From positions 310,778 through 342,777 of the forward strand of contig JAUWGH010000005.1 of the NCBI GenBank assembly GCA_030606485.1: a DNA stretch of 32,000 bases, in the 5' to 3' direction. Below are positions 9,309 through 18,482 of the stretch, piece by piece. Position 1 is the stretch's first letter; each line of letters opens with the position of its first letter. Source of the stretch: Promethearchaeota archaeon (lineage in GTDB: Archaea > Asgardarchaeota > Lokiarchaeia > Sigyniarchaeales > SOKP01). A program made the translations under genes and the position numbers. Below the pieces are notes generated by a model. The model had not been told where the DNA came from. It saw only the letters and a list, made by a program, of their open reading frames with translations, and made no database searches.

Positions 9309-11531
9309 GTGAGTTTAATGGAGTTTATTGAATTTAATGGTGAAAGAATTGAAGTAAAGGATGGAAAATTGGATCTATCTGCTAAAGGTATTAAAAATAT
9401 TTTGGATATTGAGCCATTATATACACTAACAAGATTAAAGGTGCTTGACCTTAGATTTAATCGAATTTCGGATATTTCCGGATTAGAGATGTTTACGAAT
9501 TTAGAACAGTTGTATTTAAGCGGAAATGAAATCTCTGAGATTAAAGGTCTTAAAACGCTTCTTAATTTAAAAATACTGAATTTATCCTCGAATAAGATTT
9601 CCCAAATTAGTGGTTTAGATACTCTTCTTAATTTAGAAAATCTAAATTTAAATAGAAATCAAATTTCCGAGATTAAGGGGCTTAAATCACCTAAAAAATT
9701 AGAACATCTCTCTCTTAGTAATAATCAAATTTCTAAAATTGTTGGATTTGAAACATTAATTCAATTAAAAACTTTAAATCTTGCTTCTAATCAAATTACT
9801 GAGATTGAAGGACTTGAGAGATTCATTAAATTAGAAGAATTGGATCTTAATTCTAATAAAATTTCAGAAATTAAAGGGCTTGAAACATTAATTAATCTCA
9901 AAAAATTATATCTATGGGGTAATCAAATTTCCGAGGTTAAAAGGATTGAGAGTCTCACTAATTTAGAAGATATAGATCTAAGTTCCAATAAAATTACTGA
10001 GATAATAGGTATATATGCTATTAAAAATTTGAAAAAATTAACTCTACACGATAATCAAATTTCTAAATTTAAGGGCCTTAACTGGCTTTTAAATTTAGAA
10101 GAACTTGATCTTAGCTCCAATGAAATTTCTGAAATAAAAGGGTTAATATCACTTAAAAATATGAAAAAATTAATTCTTTATAACAATCAAATCGCCGAGA
10201 TTAAAGGATTCGAGGAACTAATTAATTTGAAAGAATTGGATCTAAGTTCAAATCAAATTACCGAAATTAAAGGGATTGAATCACTCCTGAATTTGCAAAT
10301 ATTAAATTTAAATAATAATAAAATTAAGGATATTAAGGGATTGGAACTACTTACGAATTTGTGGAGGCTTGAATTTAAATCAAATCAAATCTCAGAAATT
10401 AAGTGTTTAAGCACCCTTATTAATCTAGAGGTATTAGATCTAGATTTCAATCAAATTAAAGAAATTAAAAAGCTCGAGTCTTGTAATAGAATAAGATATT
10501 TTAGTATTTTAGGAAATGAAATTTCCGAAATTAAGGGGTTTGAAGTCCTCACCAACTTAGATTATCTAAATTTAAGAGAAAATCAAATTTTTGAGATTTC
10601 TGGGCTCGAATCCCTCTCAAAATTAAAAAAACTATACCTTGGTGATAATCAAATTTCTGAAATAAAAGGACTTGAATCTCTTACGGAATTATGGATATTA
10701 GATCTTAAATATAATCAAATTTCAGAGATTAAAGGTCTAGAAACACTCAAGAAATTAGAGAATCTCAATCTTAGAAATAATAGAATTATTGATATCAGAG
10801 GGTTTGAAAATCTTGAAAATTTAAGAGAATTGACATTATCTAATAATAATATATCTCTAAATACATTAGAATCTTTAGGGGGATTAGATAATATGGGATA
10901 TGCTAATAACCCCCAAAAATTTGTGGAACTTTGTCAATTAAAATTAAGACGAAAAAAGATAAGGGAGTTAGTGGAAGTAAAAAAAGAGGTTATTATTTAC
11001 AAAGGAGAGGAAATTGAAGTAAATGAAAAGAAATTAGATTTATCTAATAGAGGTATCCATGATATAACGGAGATTAAAGGACTTGAAAAACTTACAAAAT
11101 TAATATTTTTGCGTCTAGATGGAAATGAAATTTCGGAGATTAAAGGACTTGAGACTTTTACTAATTTAAAGTATTTAAGACTGGATAAGAATAAAATTTC
11201 CGAAATAAAAGGGTTAGAAAATCTCATCAATTTGAACTGGCTCTTTTTAGATAATAACCAGATTTCAGAGATTAAAGGTCTAGAAACACTCATAAATTTA
11301 CAAAAATTAGAACTTAGTTATAATCAAATTGCGGAAATTAAAGAATTAGACCCTCTTATAAATCTAGAAAATCTAAATTTGACTTCTAATCGAATTACTG
11401 AAATTAAAGGGCTAGATACACTTAAAAATCTTATCTTGCTATATCTTAAGAATAATAATATTGATGACTATCAAATTAATAAGTTTAAAAAGAAATCAGT
11501 TGAGCGAAGAAATTTCTATTTTCGGATATAA
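9309..11531 (+). CDS. SDS22/internalin-like leucine-rich repeat protein with two LRR modules
   Basis: About 28 repeats of 22 aa (consensus LxNLxxLxLxxNQISEIKGLEx) in blocks of ~22 and ~6, each preceded by a similar N-cap. No obvious signal peptide or TM segment. Start is GTG 9309 or ATG 9318. Confidence 0.92.
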   Translation: MSLMEFIEFNGERIEVKDGKLDLSAKGIKNILDIEPLYTLTRLKVLDLRFNRISDISGLEMFTNLEQLYLSGNEISEIKGLKTLLNLKILNLSSNKISQISGLDTLLNLENLNLNRNQISEIKGLKSPKKLEHLSLSNNQISKIVGFETLIQLKTLNLASNQITEIEGLERFIKLEELDLNSNKISEIKGLETLINLKKLYLWGNQISEVKRIESLTNLEDIDLSSNKITEIIGIYAIKNLKKLTLHDNQISKFKGLNWLLNLEELDLSSNEISEIKGLISLKNMKKLILYNNQIAEIKGFEELINLKELDLSSNQITEIKGIESLLNLQILNLNNNKIKDIKGLELLTNLWRLEFKSNQISEIKCLSTLINLEVLDLDFNQIKEIKKLESCNRIRYFSILGNEISEIKGFEVLTNLDYLNLRENQIFEISGLESLSKLKKLYLGDNQISEIKGLESLTELWILDLKYNQISEIKGLETLKKLENLNLRNNRIIDIRGFENLENLRELTLSNNNISLNTLESLGGLDNMGYANNPQKFVELCQLKLRRKKIRELVEVKKEVIIYKGEEIEVNEKKLDLSNRGIHDITEIKGLEKLTKLIFLRLDGNEISEIKGLETFTNLKYLRLDKNKISEIKGLENLINLNWLFLDNNQISEIKGLETLINLQKLELSYNQIAEIKELDPLINLENLNLTSNRITEIKGLDTLKNLILLYLKNNNIDDYQINKFKKKSVERRNFYFRI
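10719..10749 (+). repeat. 31-bp exact direct repeat within the LRR gene, copy 1 (copy 2 at 11262-11292)
   Basis: ATTTCAGAGATTAAAGGTCTAGAAACACTCA is present identically at 10719 and 11262. Confidence 0.85.
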
Positions 11532-11653
11532 GCTTAAAATTATTATATTTCTTTAATAAATGGTTAATTAATTATTGTAGATATCATCTAAAATAAATCT
11601 GATTGCCAATTAAATAATAAAAATTAAAAACTTCCAACTAGTCTAATATTTAA

Positions 11654-12958
11654 ATGAAATCTTTTAACGTTGATCTGCATATCCATAGCCCTCATTCTAT
11701 TTCAGTTTCGAAAAATCTGAATTTAGATACAATGGTGGAAACTTGTAAAAAAAAAGGATTAGATATTATTGGTACTGGAGATATTCTCCAACCAACTTGG
11801 TTAAAATATATGGAAAATAACCTTCTAAAAGAGAAAGATGGAATTTTTTTATATAAAAATGTTAATTTTATTTTGCAGACAGAGATAGAAGATAAGGAGA
11901 ATATTCATGAGGTTGTTTTACTTCCAGATTTTGAAGCTGTCAGAGAACTTCAAAAAAAATTAAAGCCCTTTTCGAAAAATCTTATGAATGAATGGGGTGG
12001 TCGTCCTAGAGTTAATTTAAGTCCTCCTGAACTAGTTTATGAAGTTGATGCTGTCGGAGGTTTAATTGGCCCTGCTCATGCTTTCACGCCATTTAAAGCG
12101 ATTTTCAGGCAAAATAAGTATTCTACCTTAAAAGAATGTTATCAAGATTCTCTAAAAAAAGTATCATTTTTAGAATTGGGATTATCTGCAGATACTTATA
12201 TCGCAGATCGAATGAAATGTCTTAAAGATATAAGCTTTCTGAGCAATAGCGATGCTCATTCGGAAGGTCCAACCTCACTTGGGAGAGAATTTAATAGATT
12301 TGAAATTGAAAAGCCAAATTTCGAAGAAATTGGTCTTGCCCTAAAGCGACAAAGTGGTCGTAAAATTATTCTAAATGTTGGATTAGATCCAAGATTGGGA
12401 AAATATTACAATATGTTTTGTAATAAGTGTAGAAGAAGGATAATTTTTAAACTTGGAAAAAGTAATTCTTTTGGTTTTTTGAGTAATTATAAAATAGATG
12501 CCAATTTTATTACATATCTCGTAAGTGATCCAATAACAGCAAGGAAAAATTATCAAAAAGAAGTCGATAAAGGAAAAGTAATTTGCCAGGCATGTAAAAG
12601 TGAATTTAAAAAAAATTATAAGATAAAATTAGGTGTATTTGAACGAATTGAAATGATTTCAGACTATGAGCAGCCAAAACATCCATCTTATCGACCACCC
12701 TATATTGACATAATACCTTTAGTAGAGATCATAAGAAAAGTACAAAATATTAAAAGCTCAAAATCTAAAACTGTATTGAAAATTTATAATGATTTAATAA
12801 ATAAGCTAGGGGTTGAGTTTTCAATCTTAATCGATTTACCTATTAAAAAGATAAGCGAAGTCAATAATGAAATAGCGATTGTAATTGACTCTTTTAGAAA
12901 AGGGAATATTGAAGTATTAACTGGAGGAGGCGGAGTATTCGGTGAAATTAAAATCTAA
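11654..12958 (+). CDS. Endonuclease Q-like PHP-domain protein (TIGR00375-type)
   Basis: DLHIHS, GTGD, GPAHAFTP, ELGLSAD, LSNSDAHS, LGREFN, GLDPRLGKY, two CxxC motifs, RPPY..IIPL.EII and GGGGVFG. Confidence 0.85.
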   Translation: MKSFNVDLHIHSPHSISVSKNLNLDTMVETCKKKGLDIIGTGDILQPTWLKYMENNLLKEKDGIFLYKNVNFILQTEIEDKENIHEVVLLPDFEAVRELQKKLKPFSKNLMNEWGGRPRVNLSPPELVYEVDAVGGLIGPAHAFTPFKAIFRQNKYSTLKECYQDSLKKVSFLELGLSADTYIADRMKCLKDISFLSNSDAHSEGPTSLGREFNRFEIEKPNFEEIGLALKRQSGRKIILNVGLDPRLGKYYNMFCNKCRRRIIFKLGKSNSFGFLSNYKIDANFITYLVSDPITARKNYQKEVDKGKVICQACKSEFKKNYKIKLGVFERIEMISDYEQPKHPSYRPPYIDIIPLVEIIRKVQNIKSSKSKTVLKIYNDLINKLGVEFSILIDLPIKKISEVNNEIAIVIDSFRKGNIEVLTGGGGVFGEIKI

Positions 12959-12980
12959 ACGGATAAATCTTTAAAAATGT

Positions 12981-13226
12981 CTACATTAGGAATTCTAAAT
13001 TTAAGTCAATTAGAGCTCCACAATCACAAGTAAGCCACTCAAAAATTTTTAATGACACAGTTAATAATTCTATAGAGCTTCTTTTAAAAGTATTTGTAAA
13101 GGATCTCTGATAACCACAATTTGCACATGATAAAAGAGCACGAACTGTTATTTTATCATCATCAACTTGTTCCTTTATCGGTTCCTTTGAATGCTCGTTT
13201 CTGTTTATATAAGTATTCTCCATGTT
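12981..13226 (-). CDS. Small putative zinc-ribbon protein
   Basis: CANC and CDCG motifs. The ATG at 13226 (MENTY...) is preferred over the longer ORF start at 13250. Confidence 0.55.
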   Translation of the reverse strand, partial: NMENTYINRNEHSKEPIKEQVDDDKITVRALLSCANCGYQRSFTNTFKRSSIELLTVSLKIFEWLTCDCGALIDLNLEFLM

Positions 13227-13361
13227 GAAAAAACTCAACCTCATTAACATTTATATAAATTTATATTTTTAAATATATCTAACACGTAAATGACATAACT
13301 TTGTCTAAAAAAGTATAAAATATCTTAATTTTATAGGGCAAAAACAAACATTAAGTATTTT

Positions 13362-14585
13362 TTATTTGGAAATTATTTTTGAGAAGTCAGTCTTTATGAA
13401 GACTATAATGCATATTATTAGTAGAAGCGTAATATAAGAAAAAGCCCAGAAGTATCCATATATTTCATAAATCATTCCAAATAATAGCGACTCTGGTAGT
13501 GAAATTAATCCTATTGATAAATAATAATATCCATAGCCTCTCCCTCGTTTGTCTTTACCTGTTAAATCTCCAACATATGCACGAGCAACAGGATCAACAA
13601 ACCCACGATAAAGTCCATAGATTCCAAACAAAATTGCGACTAATAATATACTAAAAATACTAACTTGTATAGGAAATGCTGAGACTATGCAAACACTGAC
13701 AAGTAGAGTTAATCCGATCACTATTACTTTCTTTCTTCCTATCTTATCTGAAAGTTTTCCAGCAACTGGGGAAAAAATGACGTAAACAATGTTAAATAAG
13801 AGATAAAAGATAGGAATTAAAAAGACAAAATCAACGGGTATAAGTTCTGATCCTCGAATGATGAGAAAAGCCACATCTAAACTAGCGAATTCCATAACTC
13901 CTAAAATAATGATAAATTTAAGAAATGATTTGTCAATTTTTTCAACTTGTCTTATTTTTAATTGTTCCTTTCCTATAGGAATAGTTTGGTCTTTTAATTC
14001 CTTAATTGTTAAGACTAAAATTATTGCAATAAATCCTGGAATAATAGATAAAAGTATAATTTGGTTATAAGAAAGTGCAATAAATAGAAAGATTGAAGTT
14101 AATAAAGAACCAATCACCGCGCCGGCTGTGTCCATTGCACGATGAATACCAAAAGCTTTTCCTTTATCTTTTTCCCCATAGAATGAAATTAATGCATCTC
14201 GAGGAGATGTTCTAAGCCCTTTACCTATACGTTCAACAAATTTTAATCCTAATATTGGTTCCCAAGAAGTTGAAAACCCCATAAGTGGTTTTGTAAGGTT
14301 TGATAAAGAATAACCTGCAACAATAAACGGCTTTTTTTTCCTAATTTTATCTGACCACCAACCGGAAAACCCTTTTAAAATATTTGATGTTGCTTCTGTA
14401 ATTCCTTGTATTAACCCCAATATAAGCATATTTCCACCAACGGAAAAAATAAATAATGGTAAGATAGAAGTAATCATTTCAGAGGATATATCGGTGAATA
14501 ATGACACTAATCCTAAAACCAAAATAGGTGCAGAAACACCAAATATGATTTTTTCCTTTTGATGATTATTATTTTTCTCAGTCAT
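13362..14585 (-). CDS. MFS transporter
   Basis: About 12 hydrophobic helices, MFS motif A twice (GWWSDKIRKKK; GKLSDKIGRKK), and LGLVSLFTDISSEM, ERIGKGLRTSPRDALI and FGIHRAMDTAGA. Confidence 0.9.
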   Translation of the reverse strand: MTEKNNNHQKEKIIFGVSAPILVLGLVSLFTDISSEMITSILPLFIFSVGGNMLILGLIQGITEATSNILKGFSGWWSDKIRKKKPFIVAGYSLSNLTKPLMGFSTSWEPILGLKFVERIGKGLRTSPRDALISFYGEKDKGKAFGIHRAMDTAGAVIGSLLTSIFLFIALSYNQIILLSIIPGFIAIILVLTIKELKDQTIPIGKEQLKIRQVEKIDKSFLKFIIILGVMEFASLDVAFLIIRGSELIPVDFVFLIPIFYLLFNIVYVIFSPVAGKLSDKIGRKKVIVIGLTLLVSVCIVSAFPIQVSIFSILLVAILFGIYGLYRGFVDPVARAYVGDLTGKDKRGRGYGYYYLSIGLISLPESLLFGMIYEIYGYFWAFSYITLLLIICIIVFIKTDFSKIISK

Positions 14586-14971
14586 AATTCATTTAATTTT
14601 ATTTTAGGTAATTATTTTAAAGAACTAGTTAATATTTAAAATTTCTCGAAGAATTATATAAAGAAGTAATGGAAAAGTAATTAATTAGTATCAATAGAAA
14701 AAAAAAGGATTAGCAGAAAACCAAAAATTAATTGACACAATAGCAATAGGTACTACTACTAATTGGATCAAATTACAAAAAATATTCTTAAAACAAAAAT
14801 TTTTTATGTTAAGAGATATTTTTTCTCTCACTAAGTTAAAAAATAAGTTTTACCTTATACTTAGGACGATTGTAATCGGTTCTAATAGCATAAATATTAG
14901 AAATAAAAGAAAGAAAAAAATATTTAATCAATAAAATATATTCAGATGAATACTTCTGGTGTTTTTTAAAA

Positions 14972-15457
14972 TTGTCGGAAAAATTAGAATTTAAAGCTCT
15001 TGTAACAGGAGGAAAAGCGAGTGGTGGTCCTCCTATTGGACCTACAGTTGGACCCACGGGAATTAATATTAAAGATGTAGTGGATATGATAAATGAAAAA
15101 ACGATGGCATTTAAGGGACTCAATGTTCCGGTCAGAATTATTTTAAATACTGCTGATAAAAGTTTTGAGGTGATTGTTGAAACTCCATCAACATCTAGCT
15201 TATTACTTAAAGAAGCCGGAGCAGAAAAAGGTTCAGGCGCTGCAGGTACAGAAAATATTGGAGATATCACTTTTGATCAAGTTATGAATGTGGTCAACAT
15301 GAAAAAGGAAAAATTACTTGCTAAATCCTTAAAAGGCATGTTCAAATCAATTTTAGGAACGTGTTTATCTGTTGGATTATTAGTAGATGGCCAAAATCCA
15401 AAAGAAATCCAAAATAAGATTGATAATGGAGAATATGATAATAAATTTAATGAGTGA
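14972..15457 (+). CDS. rpl11: 50S ribosomal protein uL11
   Basis: GGKASGGPPIGPTVGPTGINI, PSTSSLLLKEAG, ILGTCLSVG. TTG start. Confidence 0.97.
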   Translation: MSEKLEFKALVTGGKASGGPPIGPTVGPTGINIKDVVDMINEKTMAFKGLNVPVRIILNTADKSFEVIVETPSTSSLLLKEAGAEKGSGAAGTENIGDITFDQVMNVVNMKKEKLLAKSLKGMFKSILGTCLSVGLLVDGQNPKEIQNKIDNGEYDNKFNE

Positions 15458-16167
15458 AGAAAATGAAAGTTGACAATAACTTAATAAAATCCGCTGTAAG
15501 CCAAGTAATTGACTATTCTATAAGGAAAAAAGAAGGATTTAAAGATAAAGTGAGAAAATTTGATGAATCAATTGATTTAATAATGATTTTAAAAAATTTA
15601 AATTTAAATGATCCAAAAAATAGGATTGATGAAGAATTTATACTTCCACACAAAATATTATATGAAGATAAAGTTCCAGTATGTTTTATTGCAAGTGGAG
15701 ATATTCAATTAAAAGCAAAAAAGTTAGGTTATGACGTTTTTGATGAGGAAGCACTCGAGCAACTTGATAAGACTGATAAAAAAGAAAAGAAAAAATTTGT
15801 AAAAAAATATACATTTTTCATAACAGAGCAAAAGTTGATGAAGTTAGTTGCTAGATATTTAGCGAGATTCTTGGGACCTCTTGGAAAAATGCCTAAACCA
15901 TCTCCTAAAGGGTATGGTATAATAAGAGAACAAGATGATATAAATGATATTCTAGAAAGACATAGAAGAATTGTTAGATTAAAGATGAGAAAGCAACCTC
16001 TCATTCAATTAAAAGTTGGAAAAAAATCTATGGATAAAGATAAAATTATTGAAAACATAATGTCTGTAATTAAACACATTGCAGATCAATTACCAAATAA
16101 ATGGAATGGAGTTAAATCAATTTATATTAAAACGTCAATGGGAAAACCAGTAAAATTAGGTGGATAA
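15454..16167 (+). CDS. rpl1: 50S ribosomal protein uL1
   Basis: RKFDESIDL, LGPLGKMP, VGKKSM..DKIIEN, IYIKTSMGKPVK. Start is GTG 15454 (overlapping the rpl11 stop) or ATG 15463. Confidence 0.96.
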   Translation: MKKMKVDNNLIKSAVSQVIDYSIRKKEGFKDKVRKFDESIDLIMILKNLNLNDPKNRIDEEFILPHKILYEDKVPVCFIASGDIQLKAKKLGYDVFDEEALEQLDKTDKKEKKKFVKKYTFFITEQKLMKLVARYLARFLGPLGKMPKPSPKGYGIIREQDDINDILERHRRIVRLKMRKQPLIQLKVGKKSMDKDKIIENIMSVIKHIADQLPNKWNGVKSIYIKTSMGKPVKLGG

Positions 16168-16170
16168 AAA

Positions 16171-17064
16171 ATGATAGTGAAAAAAGAAATACATCAATGG
16201 AAAAAAGACGCAGTTGACGATTTAGCAGATCTTATACAAAAATATAAAGTTTTAGGATTAGTTGACTTATCAAATATGCCTGATAACTTAATTCAATTAA
16301 TTCGAATGAAGCTTAGAGATAAAGCGCTAATAAAGATGTCTAAAAAATCTTTAATATTAAGGGCATTAGAAAAATCTGAAAAAAAATCAAAAAAGAAAAA
16401 TCTTATTAAATTTGGAGAGAAAATTTTGGGTCAATCTGGCCTTATCTTTACAAATGAAGATCCATTCGCATTAAAACGTTTGTTTGATGAAAATAGGCTG
16501 AGAAGATTTGCCAAAGAAGGTGATATTGCACAAGAAGATATAATCGTATATGAAGGAGATACGGGACTACCTACTGGACAAGCTATTACAGAACTCCATT
16601 TAGTTTTAAAATTGCCAACTAAAATTAAAAATGATACAATTTGGATTACTTCTGATAAAATAACCCATTATCAAGGTGATGTAATTCCATTAAAAGAAGC
16701 AATTGTTTTAAGAAAGTTAAATATTAAGCCTATTGAAGTAAATATTAAATTTTATTGTGCATGGGATAATGGAGAAATCATTCCTGACTCAATATTGAAT
16801 TTAGACGTTGAAGACATTAAACGTCAATTATCATTAGGCATCTTGCAAGCTTTAGATGTTGCATGTGAATTACCGTTTTTAATAGATGATGCAGTTGAAT
16901 ATTGTGCGAGAAAAGCAGCTTTAAATGCAAACATAGTTTATTCACAAATATTTGAAGAAAAAACATTTCAAATTGAAGAAGATAAAGTTGAAGAAGTGGA
17001 AGAAGAACCAGAATTGAAAGATGAAGACCAACCACCAGAAGGATTAGGTAGTTTATTTGGATAA
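16171..17064 (+). CDS. rpl10: 50S ribosomal protein uL10 (P0)
   Basis: Located after rpl1; WK...V.DL, GQSGLIFTN..PF, GDTGLPTG, acidic tail ending GLGSLFG. Confidence 0.95.
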   Translation: MIVKKEIHQWKKDAVDDLADLIQKYKVLGLVDLSNMPDNLIQLIRMKLRDKALIKMSKKSLILRALEKSEKKSKKKNLIKFGEKILGQSGLIFTNEDPFALKRLFDENRLRRFAKEGDIAQEDIIVYEGDTGLPTGQAITELHLVLKLPTKIKNDTIWITSDKITHYQGDVIPLKEAIVLRKLNIKPIEVNIKFYCAWDNGEIIPDSILNLDVEDIKRQLSLGILQALDVACELPFLIDDAVEYCARKAALNANIVYSQIFEEKTFQIEEDKVEEVEEEPELKDEDQPPEGLGSLFG

Positions 17065-17131
17065 TTTTATAAAATTTATTAAAAAAGAGAAATAAAAAAA
17101 TAAAAAAAAATAAAATAAAAATTAAAATAAA

Positions 17132-17136
17132 GGAGG
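17132..17136 (+). promoter_or_regulatory. Shine-Dalgarno sequence of rpl12
   Basis: GGAGG lies 8 nt upstream of ATG 17145, after a long A-rich spacer. Confidence 0.7.
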
Positions 17137-17144
17137 AAATAACT

Positions 17145-17447
17145 ATGGAGTCGATATATGCAGCCCTATTAATTTTCAAGGCAAAAGGAAATAAAGCAAT
17201 AACTGAAGCGAATCTTGATAAAGTTTTAAAAGCCGCAGGTGCAGATGTAGATCCAGAACAAATTAAAAAACTAATTATAGGACTAAAATCAACAGATTTG
17301 GATGCGATAATCAAGAACGCAAGTACGATGCCAGTAGGAGTCTCAACTGCACCAGTAGAAGACAAGAAAAAACCTTCGAAGAAAAAGAAAGAACCTGAGA
17401 AGGAAGAAGTTGAGGAAGAGCCCGCGGGAATTGGTAGTCTATTCTAA
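17145..17447 (+). CDS. rpl12: 50S ribosomal stalk protein P1 (aL12)
   Basis: ME.IYAALL, ITEANL.KVLKAAGADVD, acidic tail EEVEEEPAGIGSLF. Confidence 0.96.
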   Translation: MESIYAALLIFKAKGNKAITEANLDKVLKAAGADVDPEQIKKLIIGLKSTDLDAIIKNASTMPVGVSTAPVEDKKKPSKKKKEPEKEEVEEEPAGIGSLF

Positions 17448-17584
17448 AAGTATTAAAAAAATATAAAGATTATTTTTTATATTATCTTTATTTTAAATCA
17501 TTTTTGTCATTAAAGATTTAATTTGATTAATGAATAAGAATGATGAGATTTATTTAAAAAAATATTAATTAAAACGTCCTTTAA

Positions 17585-18127
17585 TTAAAAATCCACTTTT
17601 GCATGTTTTTTCATACTTTCTTCAAGAAGAATTTGAGCCAAAACTTCGAATGCTTTTTCTACGTTATGACCCGTCTTTGAACTTAACTCAACAAATGATC
17701 TCATGTTATATCTCTTTGCAGCATTTATACCCTCCTCTCTTTTCACAGCTCGATATTCAGTCAAATCAGCTTTTGCACCAACCAACATTAAAGGGACATC
17801 TCCTGCATTTTCTCGTACAATATAACTCCAGTCCGGTAAATGCGATAGACTAGCAGAATGTGTTATGTCGTACAGAATAAATGCTCCACTAGCTCCTTTA
17901 ACGTACTGCGGGAGTAGAAATCTGAACCTTTCTTCACCCCCAAAATCCCAAAGTTGAAGTTTTATCCGTTCACCGTTAAAAAAAACTTTTTTAGAAAAGA
18001 AATCCACTCCAATGGTGAGCCTTAGGTCCTCTACAAAAAAACCTGAGATATATCTTAATGTTAGTGAAGTTTTTCCGACCGATGCATCCCCAAGCATAAG
18101 GACTTTAAATGTATAGTCTGATTCCAT
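17585..18127 (-). CDS. Rab-like small GTPase
   Basis: G1 GDASVGKTS, switch I TIGVDF, G3 WDFGGEERFR, YVKGASGAFILYDIT, G4 GAKAD, G5 ELSSKTG. No C-terminal cysteine prenylation motif. Confidence 0.92.
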   Translation of the reverse strand: MESDYTFKVLMLGDASVGKTSLTLRYISGFFVEDLRLTIGVDFFSKKVFFNGERIKLQLWDFGGEERFRFLLPQYVKGASGAFILYDITHSASLSHLPDWSYIVRENAGDVPLMLVGAKADLTEYRAVKREEGINAAKRYNMRSFVELSSKTGHNVEKAFEVLAQILLEESMKKHAKVDF

Positions 18128-18317
18128 TAATTTTTCCGTATTTCTTTTTTAATATGGCAATTACAATTAATATTATTTTGATAATATATTCTTTATACAT
18201 TATTTATATTACATATCGAGTTAATAAATTTTTTTTATTATTTGAATAATGATACTGATGTTCTGCATTTCTGACAAATTTCAATTCCCTTTTGCTTTCA
18301 AATGTTCTTATTTATTC

Positions 18318-18482
18318 TTACTTGAGTTTAATTAAAATAAAAAAACCCATTTCCAATAATTCATCTTTGAAAGAACACTTATCTAAAAATTTTGCGATTA
18401 AAGCCGGTATAACAATGAAAAATATTTCAAATAATGTTAAAAAAATCAAAATAATTGGTTCTTGCCCTAAATTTAGCGACAT
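18318..18482 (-). CDS. Possible 54-aa small membrane protein or truncated gene remnant
   Basis: Manual translation: MSLNLGQEPIILIFLTLFEIFFIVIPALIAKFLDKCSFKDELLEMGFFILIKLK, with one clear TM segment. It reads as more protein-like than the overlapping + strand 74-aa ORF. Confidence 0.35.
   Translation of the reverse strand: MSLNLGQEPIILIFLTLFEIFFIVIPALIAKFLDKCSFKDELLEMGFFILIKLK

Noticed and set aside
10997-11293. 98-aa - strand ORF with apparent periodicity
   Set aside because: The periodicity only mirrors the LRR repeats on the opposite strand.
9309-11531. 66-bp periodic repeats considered as a CRISPR array or a DGR target
   Set aside because: They are in-frame coding LRR units without unique spacers; no cas genes, reverse transcriptase or adenine-specific template/variable repeat pair is visible in the window.
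13858-14070. 70-aa + strand ORF
   Set aside because: Antisense shadow of the MFS gene.
14691-14831. 46-codon - strand GTG frame (MREKISLNIKNFCF...) upstream of the MFS gene
   Set aside because: Short, no RBS or motif, and its hydrophobicity is expected from AT-rich DNA.
17065-17130. Long A-rich tract between rplP0 and rpl12
   Set aside because: Low-complexity spacer typical of this AT-rich genome, with no structure apart from the downstream SD.
14836-17365. - strand ORFs 14836-15270, 15729-16004 and 16817-17365
   Set aside because: Antisense to unambiguous ribosomal protein genes.
17599-17853. 84-aa + strand ORF
   Set aside because: Antisense shadow of the Rab-like GTPase.
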